A stretch of 59,665 nucleotides of DNA, counting the filler, from Jimgerdemannia flammicorona (Eukaryota), in NCBI GenBank assembly GCA_003990765.1. It is 3 parts of 3 records of this genome, joined end to end, with 100 filler letters (N's around TTAATTAATTAA, not from the genome) between each part and the next. Parts side by side here need not be neighbours in the genome. Positions count along the whole stretch, not along the records: positions 39,845 to 59,665 come from RBNJ01001845.1; 2 more parts are not named here. One strand, 5' to 3'. The notes beneath the pieces were generated by a model, which had not been told where the DNA came from, ran no database searches, and saw nothing but the letters and a program-made list of their open reading frames with translations. Shown here one piece after another: positions 48,191-59,665 of this stretch. Positions within the stretch are counted from its first letter, which is position 1, and every line of letters begins with the position of its first letter. Position numbers and translations under genes: made by a program.

Positions 48191-51100
48191 AAGTCCTCAG
48201 GTTTTTTTTTCTTTTATTTTTGAAAAATATTAAATATTCCACAAGGCCAACCAACTTATCCATGAACCCCCAGGACCTACTGAATTTTAGTGGCCTGAGC
48301 TCTACTAAGACTTCAGACATATATATGTCCAGATTGTCTCAGTATTCAGCATACATCTCTTTGGGGCAATGAGGTCTACTCCATCTGAGAACATCCACTC
48401 AATGGGAGTGCTGGAGGCAGGAATTACCAGGTAGTCCCAAGCCATACTATACAGACTGGGGAAGTCCATTTGATATAGCTACATGCTCTAGTAGATAGAG
48501 TGATAGTTAGATTGGTAGATTAAATTGGCCCAATGCCTGCCTGATAACCCACCTTCCACTAGTTGAGCACCTCTGTGCCCTCCAGCAGGATCACATGGTT
48601 GCTGGTGAGATAAATGGTAAGTTTGTCTATTGACAGCAGCTCTTCTACTGACAGCTCCCTCTTTCTCTTTCTACTGAAGTAAATGTGAGACAGGAGGGAT
48701 CCCTCAGCATATTCATCTAGACTTCAGCTGGAATCTTGCAGCAGCACATAGTTTTTCCAGTATACTTCAATTATAGCCTGCTTGGTTCTCTTAATGAAGT
48801 ACTGCTCCCAGCCCTGATCTTTATAGTATTGTAGCTTTAAGCATAGGTCCAGCACTAGTTGGAGAAAAGAATGTGTGTTTTTGTAGGGGTTTCTCTATTT
48901 TGAAAGAGGCAATAGCCACATGCCAACATACCTATACTAATTGAGTATATAGTGATATCTGTTTTGGAGTAGTATTTTCTGAGCTTGCTTAAAGTAACCT
49001 CCACAGCATCTCTCTGATCTGGACTTAACTATAAATCACTGCAACCCTCCAGCCTGTCCTCAAGCTTGTCCTCTAGCCAGTCAATCAGAAGGTTATATAC
49101 TGGTATTGCAGAGCTTATTGTCAAGGTTGTTTGTTTGACTATATTCTTTATACAATTATCAAAACACTGGCAGTTATATGTGGTGAGGTATTGCATTATG
49201 CAGAGGTAGACAAAATGAGTATAGAGTCAGAGTAATTACTACTTACTTCCAAAACTCTGACAATATTCCTAAGTACATCCCACTTGCTTTCACCTAGAGC
49301 CTCACCCTGTATTTCCTTATTGGCAGCTACTGTTGAATCTATTGGCTTTTTTTGTTTTTTTTTTTTAAAAAAAAAAAAATCTTCTATCATCTGAAATAAG
49401 TTACTTCAGCCAACTAAAGAAAAAAGAATACATACTACAGCAAACTCCAGTACATGCTGGATAATTATAAATGTTAAGTTCTAATGTATACAGACATCTA
49501 ATATAAGCTCTTTCAGGGCTAAACTGATTGCCCTACACTGCAATAAATTTGTCTTATCATTGTGGGGACAATTGGACTGATACAACTAGTTTGCATAGCT
49601 TGGAAATTATACTCAGAGCCCCTCCTCTCTTGGATGTTTTGTCTATATACATAAGATAGTCCTGAACAGTGAGGTTCAGTACATGGGTCTGGCATTATAT
49701 ATGATAGCTTTCTGTACTGAAGGTACATTTTTTTGTTTAAGGCTGGCTACTAAAACTTGGAAAAATGTTGAGTTGTTTGTAGCATTGTCTGTTATAATGG
49801 TCAAAATCTGTACTTGAAATATTCAGTTGCCAAATATATACAAAAATAAATAACCAATAAAATCTGTTTTATTTTAGGACCTTTCTCAAAATGCTGACCT
49901 AATGGCAAGCCCCCCTTTTTTATCTTGGTTATGATCCCAAGCTCCCAGATACAACTAACAAAAGCATCTGCAATGTTGTCTCCAGAATGAGGGCCAGCAA
50001 GTTTGACAAAGTCAAGGGTGAGAGATTTAAGCTATCAATTGAGGTCAATCTAATGACTGATAATGCCCAGAAAAGAAATTGTATTGAGGGATATCTATGT
50101 GTCAATTGTAAATGAAATTTTGTCTGCTGAATTCTATTTATTAAATGTAAGGTTAAATTGGTGAGCTCTTTATAAAAATATATATATAATTCAGCTTGCA
50201 AAGGTCATAGTGCTGCCCTTATTTTATCTGAAATATCTGATAGAGATTGTCATACTCCTTCCTATAGGCCTTTAGGATATCTTTGTAAATAGTATCAGTA
50301 CTTGGTAAATATAAATAATACTTGAGGAGGTCAAAGATGCTATGCACTTGATCACTCTCAATGGTTGTGAATAGTTGGTCTGTGTACACAATCTAGCAAA
50401 TGAGCCAATTTTAAAATTCTGCCAAAGAGTATAGCTAAATATTTTTGATTAAATAGAGTTATTGGTACAGAAATGGTCAGGCAATTGGATAAACATATCC
50501 ACCACAGCTTGGATGTTTATTTTATTTGTCTCTGTGTTCTTTTTGATTTTGTCAGAGTACTTGTCTTGTAAGCACACAACCTCCAAGCCACTGAAATTGC
50601 ATGTCATCCTCAAAACCAATTTGGAAACCATATGCAAGACTACAAAACAAGTTACTGAAGAGATCATCTGGTTATACAAAATATGCCAGCAAACACAAGA
50701 ACCTACTGCCAAGATACAAGAATACCAGAAGAAGTACTACAACCATAGGACTGACTCTGAACCTCTATAACTAGTTTGGTGTACTATACTATTACAAAAG
50801 GAAACCGAAAGTACTCAACTCAAACTGAGACAAGAAGGACCCTATCTCATCCATCAAAGATTCATGAACTGCACTTATCAAACTCAAGATCAAGATACAC
50901 CATGACTATATAAGATCTCATTACTTAGCAGAAGCAAAACACATTTGAACAACTCTGTTCACTCTATCTGTGTCACCTCCATTGGAGAGTGACAGATGCT
51001 TCATCTGAACTCAAGAAAGCCAACATCATCAAAACCAATCTCAAGCCATCCATGTGACAGATATTACTACTAGAAATTGTCTCAGATTATAGAAAATATC

Positions 51101-52099
51101 ATTTCTGAGAGGTTCAAACCACCAGCTGCAACATTGGGAGCCCTCACCCTAGACAAGAATGGCCAGTCCTCGCAAATGTGCCAGCAGGCTAAAAAAAAAA
51201 GAGAACCAAGACCTGTTATCCTTATATAACCATCATCACCAAGAACAGTCATAATTTTGCAAGAGACAGAAGTGACAATACCTTTGAAACTAATAACATC
51301 AGAAGTCAGAAAACTGCTCAGACTTTACCAGTGATGATGTCATCAATAGTGATATCATCAAAGACTAACCAGACAGTATCTAAATCTATAAATAGTTTAG
51401 CAATTATAGTATAGTTAGATTAGTCTCGTACAACATGACTGTGAACTGACTCAGCAGTCAGATGATCTCTTGATATATCAGATCACACTTATACTACATG
51501 ACTGCATTCTGACTCAGCAAGGCACTTAGTGCTACATCTATATTTAGTATAGTTCAGATAGCCCCTCACTAGTATAAATACCCCCTCCCCCAGACCTCAG
51601 AATCTCAGACTTAAACAGACTTGAACAGACTTGAACAGACTACAATATCCCTTTACACAACTACTCCTAGTATAGCAATATCATGAATAGCAAATAAATC
51701 TATTTAATAACCCACAAACCACTCTTAAGTAAATCCGCTCCCTATTAGGTCCCACTCCTAACCTCATTATGAAATTTCCTAATTGGGTATTATCTGCAGT
51801 GATACACCAATTCAACTAAGCTGGCCTTAGTTTCTTGAACTTCCTGAAATACAGAAATTCCTGAATATCTAGAACTAGTCCGAAAAAGGACTTTGGTTGA
51901 GACATCAACCCAATCTTGAAATCAATAAGCATAGAGGACATACTCCATATGAAATTGATCTTGACCATAAGAAAACAGTCTTCCAGAATATCCAGAACTT
52001 TCAGAAAACCCTTCCAGAACTACATAACAGTTACTCTAAAAAGTAACCCTCTTACAACTTGGTAGCAGCAGTTTACAATTCAATTCCACTTCAAGATGC

Positions 52100-54015
52100 T
52101 TCCTCACTCAGCTACAAAACCCCTCTGAGAATTTCTATAAGTTGGTATAGAGCCCAACCTCTGAACTGGAATTTATCCTGAACTATCTGACAATCTGGAG
52201 AGAATTGAACCTGATGTATAAGGACAATTTGACCTCTACACCTACAACAAGTGGGACAAACTTCATTCAAAGAAAGAAGTACTCTGATTAAATCAACAAA
52301 TAGGTGAAACCCTATTCACCAAACTCCTTGCCCTACACCCAGCAAGTCAAGATGAAGTAGGTCTTATAGAAGCCTTCTTTACTCTTCTTAACAAGAGTTT
52401 TATTAGCTCTATAAATCCAAGCAACCTAGGACAACCAGCAGCAGTCTTTCTAGCATTAGTCCCTCACAAAGCCCAAGTCTCTGTAGCCAAGTGACTCAAC
52501 TCTACCGACTTTCACTGTACCAGGACCAAGACTGCATTATACTACCAATTCCAAAATAGCAAGGCCTATCATATTCTTAAAGAAGAAGCAAGAGAAACTC
52601 TTCATCAACTACCTGACCCCAAACCAGAAGTAGGCCCAGCTACAGCCCTACCTGAACCTAAAACCAATACTGAACCAGAATTTGACTTTGAATTAAGTCC
52701 ATCTGAAATCAGATATACAACTGATTCTGTCTACTTTGATGCTGAGCAAACCCAACTACATGGGGACCAAACTGAAGAGGAGGAGGAGTATCTCAGTAAA
52801 TTCGATCCCAGATACACCACTGAAAGAGACACCCCTCCATCAGGACAAAATACACTGATACAGCAACAGATAGCTATCTATCAAGCCCTTACTCCAGACC
52901 CACAACTACTACTCCAGCAACTTACACAGACCCAAAGAACACCCTCATACTCTGCACCAGTACCTCAAGTAGTACCAGTAATACTACTACCAGCAGTCCA
53001 ACCACATCCAGTAAACGATATGACAAACTAACAGATTCTAGACCTTACATCCCAGATAGCGATAATGGCAGCAACCATTACTGCCCTAGCTGAACAGACC
53101 TGACCTACCAAAAATCTGAGCCTACCTACCTTCAATGGTACTGCACAAGAAGTTTAAAGCTTTATTAGTATAGTTGACACCAACTTCGAAGCCAATCAAT
53201 GGACAAATGAGTGAGTTGCTGACTGCCTTCTGACAAACAATCAAGACCACACTCTGGAACAACTCTTTGCTACTACTACAGCCTATGTCTGCTAAGTTGT
53301 TATATTCTTCCAAGGACCTGCCAAAGAATGGTGGTGAACCCTTCCTGAAAAACTCCTTACATGGAACACCCGACCTGCAGTAGTTGTACAGAATGTAGCA
53401 AATAATACCCCAGGATATGGAGCCCATCCTGCAGCCCCTAGACTCAAACAACTTATGATTGCTCAATACCACAGCAAAACCATGATTACTGAATCTCGAG
53501 TAAAACTCCATAATCTCAAATTTGATGTACATGGTAAAGAAGAATTCAAAATCTTCTGTACAAAACTTGAGTCACTCCTGAACACTGTTGACCTAGGATA
53601 TATTACCAATGATAAAGCATGAAATGGTACAAGAGCAGACCATTTATTTGATGCCCTACCTGAATGGCTTACTAGAAAAATCTGAGAACAAGACCACCCA
53701 GTTGGTTGCAATCACCAACAATGGTACCTGGCAAGAATCAAGACTATGGTCAAGTGAATCCTAACAGCTGGACCAATTATGCCTTGAAGACAATTCAATA
53801 ACAAGAAAAAGACTTGGACTAAGAAGAAAAAACCCAAGCATGAAGCATCCCAAGCTCCCTCCACATCCACCTCATAGATACTCAGAAATCATGAATCCAC
53901 CCAGCTGAGTACCTTCAAGAAACTCACTGAAGGAGAAAGGAATGAACTTCAAAGAAGTGGAGCATGCTTCTATTGCTGAAAGACAGGACACATGGCCAGT
54001 GCCTGCCCTAACTGA
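52100..54015 (+). pseudogene. Gag with zinc knuckle (family B)
   Basis: GACFYC*KTGHMASACP near 53960-54010; homologous to 19924-21421. Confidence 0.85.
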
Positions 54016-54084
54016 AAACCCCGAACAGCAACATAAGCAGCTATTACCACTCTACACCACCTCAATAACCTGATCACCAGAACA

Positions 54085-54495
54085 CTAGACTTTGTCAAGT
54101 TAAGGCAAACTGCCAAGGCCCCAACCAAAGGAAGTCAAAAGGCAGCTAGATATGATCTGTATGTAGCCGAAGAAGCTACAGTTTCCAACTGAGAAGTCAA
54201 GCAAGTCTATACAGGAATCAGTATCCAAATCCCTGAAGGATATGTTAGAAGAATATGTTATTGCAGCAGACTAGCATTGAAAGAACTCTCAGTAGAAGGA
54301 GGAGTCATTGACAAAGATTATATAGACAAGATTATTGTCCTCATCCGAAACTACAGTTGGACACCCTTCAAGATCCCCATTGGTTTCTGCATTGCCCAGA
54401 TCCTATTCAAAAAAATTGAGTCAACCCTGACAGTCAAGGAAGTCTCTGAACTACTGTCCACCATCCAAGGATCCAAAGGATTTGGCTTATCAAAC
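54085..54495 (+). pseudogene. dUTPase domain (family B), upstream of the protease
   Basis: AKAPTKGSQKAARYDL, TGISIQIPEGY, GGVIDKDY, IAQIL, QGSKGFG. Confidence 0.9.
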
Positions 54496-54709
54496 AAGGC
54501 CCCAGCCCAACCAACCATAAACAAAGAAAAACAATTCTACAAGAAAATTGAAGATGGATATGTACCTAGTGGCTGATGCCCCCATAGTATTGGAATGTAC
54601 TCTTCCCAAATAATTGATAATTGCTTCTCTTGTATCAATGAACTGGCTCAAAGAAGAACTAATAGAAGGAAAGCTCCTATAACTAAAATCACCACCATTG
54701 GATCAGACA

Positions 54710-55070
54710 AACTGCTTACACTTAAAGCTTTTGTCAATCAAGCATCTGTCAAGATTATGATAGACAGTGGTACCTCAGGCAACTTTATCAATGAAGAAAC
54801 AGCCAACAGACTCAAGGTCTTCACCTCTCTGGTATAACAAACTCAAGCAGTTGCCACAGCTGATGGAACCTCCCATATTATTAGCAAGAAAGTCCACAAT
54901 CTGCTCTTCCAAATTGGTGACTACTGAGTACATGTTACCCTCCAGATCATACCACTCCCTGATAATGAAATCATCCTTGGGACTCTATGGTTGAAACAAG
55001 AGAACCCTATGATTGATTGGATAAACCATTCTCTGACCATCAAGAAAGGACACCATAACTTCAAACTACA
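54710..55070 (+). pseudogene. Aspartic protease (family B)
   Basis: MIDSGTSGNFI, TADG, IILGTLWLKQENPMIDW. Confidence 0.88.
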
Positions 55071-57960
55071 AGATGAAAAGGACCCACTCAGCTCTAGTGA
55101 CCCTAGACCAAAGATTACCCACATCAACAAGCTATAACTCAAGAAATTGGCCAAGAAATGCTCTCTTTTTACCATCTCCATCCACCTATCCAAAGAAGAA
55201 CCCAAGAACTCTGAAGAAGACTTTTCCAAAGTTAACAGCCATGTCAGACCACTACTTCAGAAATTCTGAGACATATTTTCAAAGAAGCTTCTGAAAGGCC
55301 TATCTCCTAAACGAGCAGTAGACCATGCCATCAAGACCAATCTCCAGAATACTACTGATTTAGTTCAGGAATATGATTTCTTGAACAACTGAAATCTAAA
55401 TACTCCGACACCTATCAGTACATACTATATATTACCCTCTTGAACATTATAATTATCTTGAACAAAATCAAGAACTCAGCAAGTCAAGACAAAAGAATAC
55501 TAATCCTCTGAAAAAACAGCAAAACTGAAAGCAAGCCTATTCTCCCCATACCACTAGTGGGAAACAAGGCATAGATATTTAAGAAGATTCCTTAGAGGAA
55601 ATTCTCCAGCAGTGAATGACATCAGAATCACTTCCAGTATATAGTATTGAACATATGACCCTTTAATATATGAACCCAACATGTTAGGCAACTGTACTAT
55701 GAACATGCCACTTTCTGAGAAAAATGGACTTCACTGGACTTTTGACCTCCCAAATGGTGTAACAACACTAGAACAAAATTAGAAGGCCCCAATGAGGATG
55801 TCGAAAGCTAAGAAGGAGAGAGTTGTAAGTGCACAACCTCCAAGCCACTGAAATCACATGTCATCCTTAGAACCAATTTGGAAACCACATGTGAGACTAT
55901 AAAATAAGTTACTGAAGAGATCATCTGGTTATACAAAATACATCAGCAAATATGAGAATCTACTGCTAAGATACAAGAATACTAGAAGAAGTACTACAAC
56001 CATAGGACTGACTCTGAACCTCTATAACTAGTTTAGTATACTATACTATTATAAAAGGAAACTGAAAGTACCCAACTCAAACTGAGACAAGAAGGACCCT
56101 ATCTCATCCATCAAAGGTTCATGAACTGCACTTATCAAACTCAAGACCAAGATACACTATGACTATACAAGACCTCATTACTTAGCAGAAGCAAAATGTA
56201 TTTGAATAACTCTGTTCACTCTATCTGTATCACCTCCATTGGAGAGTGATGGACACTTCATCTGAACTCAAGAAAGCCAACATCATTGAAACCAATCTCA
56301 AGCCATCCATGTGACAGATATTACTACTAGAAATTGTCTCGGATTATAGAAAATATTATTTCTGAGAGGTTCAAACCCCCAGCTGTGATATTGAGAGCCC
56401 TTGCCCTAGGCAAGAATGGCCAGTTCTCGCAAATGTGCCAGCAGGCCAAAAAAAAAAGAGAACCAAGACCTGTTATTCTTGTACAATCACTATTACTAAG
56501 AACAGTCATAATTTTGCAAGAGATAGAAGTGATGACACCTTTGAAACTAATGATATCAGAAGTTAGAAAACTGCTCAGACTTTGCCAGTGATGATGTCAT
56601 CAATAGTGATATCATCAAAGACTAACCAGACAGTATCTAAATCTATAAATAGTTTAGTAATTATAGTATAGTTAGATTAGTCTTTTATAATATAACTGTA
56701 AACTGACTCAGCAGTCAGACAATCTCTTGACATATCAGATCATACTTGTACTATGTGACTGCATTCTGACTCAGCAAGGCACTTAGTGCTACATCCATAT
56801 TTAGTATAGTCCAGATAGCCCCTCACTAGTATAAATATCCCCTCCCCCAGACCTCAGAATCTCAGACTTGAACAGACTTGAATACATAAGAACATTCTTG
56901 AACACTTCCTCACAATATCCCTTCACACAACTACTCCTAGTATAGCAATATCATGAATAGCAAATAAACCTATTTAATAACCCACAAACCACTCTTAAGT
57001 AAATCTACTCCCCATTAGGTCTCACTCCTAACCCCATCACGAAATTTTCTAATTGGGTATTATCTGTAGCAATACGTTGATTCAACTAAGCTGGCCTTAG
57101 TTTCTTGAACTTCTTGAAATATGGAAACTCCTGAACATCCAGAACTAGTCCAAAAAAGGACTTTGATTGAGATGTCAACCCAATCTTGAAATCAATAAGT
57201 GTAGAGGACATACTCCATATGAAATTGATCTTGATCATAAGAAAACAGTCTTTCAGAATATCCAGAACTTCCAGAAAACCCTTCCAGAACTATGTAATGA
57301 TTACTCTAAAAAGTAATCTTCTTATATGTCTTTTATGTATCAATATATGTTCAAAGTTATACTACTAAGTATTTTGAACTTCTGACTAGTACAGTTTATG
57401 GAGTAGATGAAATAGTATTATGTGTATATCAAACAAAAGTATTAGTTATATTAATAGGTGCATTTTAATTTTTTATCTGTAATAATTACAAACAATATCA
57501 TCTTCTATCTTAGTACAATATTGCCAGATTTTGGAGTGAGGATTGTGTAAAAGATATGGAACTATCAGAAATTTTTAACTTGAAGTATCATCAGTACTAT
57601 GAACTATTGAAGACTGATCTGTCAACATGTATATTTGTATGTTTGCATATATATGTATATATATATTATATATAGATACATCCAGCATATGAGTTATGTG
57701 GAGAATTTGAATTGAAGGATTCAGTTGAAGGATTTGGATGAGGATTTGAATTAGAGGATTCAAATTGGAGAATTCAAATTAGAGGATTCAAATTAGAGGA
57801 TTCAGATTAAGTGGTTCAGATTGAGTGATTCAGATTGAGTGATTCAGATTGAGTAATTCAGATTGAGTAATTCAGATTGAGTAATTCAGATTAAATGGTT
57901 CAGATAGAGTAGTTCAGATGGGGTAATTCAGATAAGTAATTCAGATGAGATGATTTACAG

Positions 57961-58467
57961 CCCCTTTCTCTGCTATCTTACTAGTTACAATGGTTTGGTA
58001 GGCAACCTTCCGAGTCTACTTGCTACAATTATTACCCCCTCTATCTCAGATTGGTTTGCTATACCTATTGTAGGGTAGTGGGAGGGAGGCAATGGTGATG
58101 AGTTGCCCCTTTATTAGTATCAGATCAGTGTCTTCTCCACTTTTTCATGGTTTCTGGTGCCTTCAGCTATATCTAGAGTGTATCTGTTTTGATATAGTGC
58201 CTTCTTCCTTTTGTTATTGCCAATAAGGTACTGTCTTAGTATGTTATGAACTATATAGGGAGTTGGTCAACCTTAGGTATCAAGTGTTCAGTATAGGTTA
58301 CCTGTAGGTCCTCAGTGCCTGTAGTGGGCCCTCTGGCTTTGGTGAGCTTCTCAGTACTGGCATAGGTGACTGCTTTTCAGATATTGTTGAAATGGAAGGA
58401 GAGATGGCTATCACAGATAAGAGAAAGAACAATAACAGTGAACCAGTAAGATACCAGGCTGAGTATA
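57961..58467 (+). mobile_element. 5' ~0.5 kb of the short poly(A)-tailed element
   Basis: Direct repeat of 58468-~58975. Confidence 0.7.
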
Positions 58468-59630
58468 CCCTTTCTTCGCTACCTTACCAGTCACAATAGT
58501 TTGGTAGGCAACCTTCCAAGTCTACTTTCCACAATTATTACCCCCTTTATCTTGGATTGGTTTGCTGTACCTATTGCAGAGTAGTGGGAGAGAGACAATA
58601 GTAATGAGTTGCCTCTTTATCAGTATCAGATTGGTGTCTTCTCTACTTTTTTATGGTTTCTGGTACCTTTACTATATCTAGAGTGTATCTATTTTGGTGC
58701 AGTGCCTTTTTCTTTTTGCCATTACCAACAAGATGCTGTCTTGGTATGTCTTGGGCTACATAGAGAGTTGGCTGATCTTGGGTGTCAAGTGCTCAGTATA
58801 GATTATCTGTAGGTCCTCAATGCTTATGGTGGGGCCCTCTGGCTTTAGTGAGCTTCTTGGTGAGTGTGGTTCTGGCATAGGTGACTGCTTTTCAGGTATT
58901 GTCAGGATGGGAGGAGAGATAGCTATTACAGATAGGAGGAAGGGCAATAACAATGAATCAGTAGGATGCCAGACTAAAGGCAGTCATCAAGGCTGGAACA
59001 AGTACTGCTTTGGTGGGGCCTTTTGATTGGAATAGCATGGTTAGGTGGTAGATGTCACTCTCGGCTTCTTTTGGCAATTTGGCAGATTGGGTCCCAGTTA
59101 TCAGAGGGGGTTAAGGGGCCTGAGACTACCCATTTCAGACATCTTGGCTGTATTTAACTAGAACTAGGAGCTGATATAGCAAAGTGATTGAGGCCTACAG
59201 GCTTGAGTAGTGGGGTATTGGAGGTCTTCTCTTGCCTTATGTGTAAGTCCTTTACTCACCTTGACTGGGAGATCCAGGTCCTACCCACTATGTTATGTTT
59301 TGATGAGAGTTTTTCTTTATCTGTCATTCTCTTTTGGATAGCAGGAGCTGTTCTATTTAGCTCAGGCATGGCCTTGTATATACATTGGGTTCTTGGGCAT
59401 ATGCTTTTGGTCATTGGCATATGACTGGGTTTCCTCTAGTAGTAGAGAGAGCATAGTACACAGAATAAGATATGGGCCAATATAGACTCTGCTGTGCCTA
59501 GCATGGTCGAGCTGCTGGACAATAGCTAGCCTAGGTTAATAGGGGGGCAGTGCTTGGTCGGTGGTGGGGGAGGGTTTTGGTCTATATAGTCTAGGTTCTC
59601 TTCTAATAAAAATCTACAGGATATTGAGTC

Positions 59631-59665
<35 letters not shown>
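58468..59665 (+). mobile_element. ~1.2-kb poly(A)-tailed non-autonomous retroposon (SINE-like)
   Basis: Same 5' start in three copies; AATAAA at 59605; poly(A) from 59635; no RT-like coding. Confidence 0.65.

Larger units (their letters stand above)
50567..57326 (+). mobile_element. Ty3/gypsy family B element, internally deleted (gag-dUTPase-PR; no RT/RH/IN)
   Basis: LTRs 50567-52056 and 55824-57326; PBS TGGTAGCAG at 52060 (initiator-Met-like); PPT AGAAGGAGAGAG at 55811-55822; perfect 5-bp TSD TGTCT. Confidence 0.95.
48287..57628 (-). pseudogene. hAT transposase (copy 2), split by the LTR element at 50567-57326
   Basis: Homologous to 31569-34160; sequence resumes exactly after the TGTCT duplication. 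Confidence 0.9.
44780..57960 (-). mobile_element. Large hAT DNA transposon, copy 2 (with nested family B retrotransposon; right TIR not reached)
   Basis: Left TIR TAGTGCTCTGAATG at 44780 with GATTC subterminal repeats; colinear with copy 1. Confidence 0.85.

Overview
The window is eukaryotic, most likely fungal (spliceosomal introns, fungal-type TE repertoire), and consists almost entirely of nested, decaying transposable elements. No host gene is evident. Two 100-bp N-TTAATTAATTAA-N linkers (19824-19923, 39745-39844) are artificial contig joins. Contents: six copies of an L1/Tx1-like LINE (one full length); two Ty3/gypsy families (A and B), both with dUTPase and long LTRs; two copies of a large intron-containing hAT transposon; three hAT MITEs; a poly(A)-tailed ~1.2-kb non-autonomous element; and a decayed Plavaka-like remnant. 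Most copies carry many C>T transitions at CpG and CpA. Best novelty candidates: (1) the hAT element carries a second, multi-exon gene with a 2OG-Fe(II) dioxygenase signature (HxD...HGT, TET/JBP-like), possibly a TE-borne anti-silencing system; (2) both LTR families encode an apparently homologous, unrecognised 270-365 aa protein inside U3; (3) both families share a dUTPase plus small Cys/His module, in opposite order around the protease. All protein assignments are by-eye motif recognition; no database search was run.
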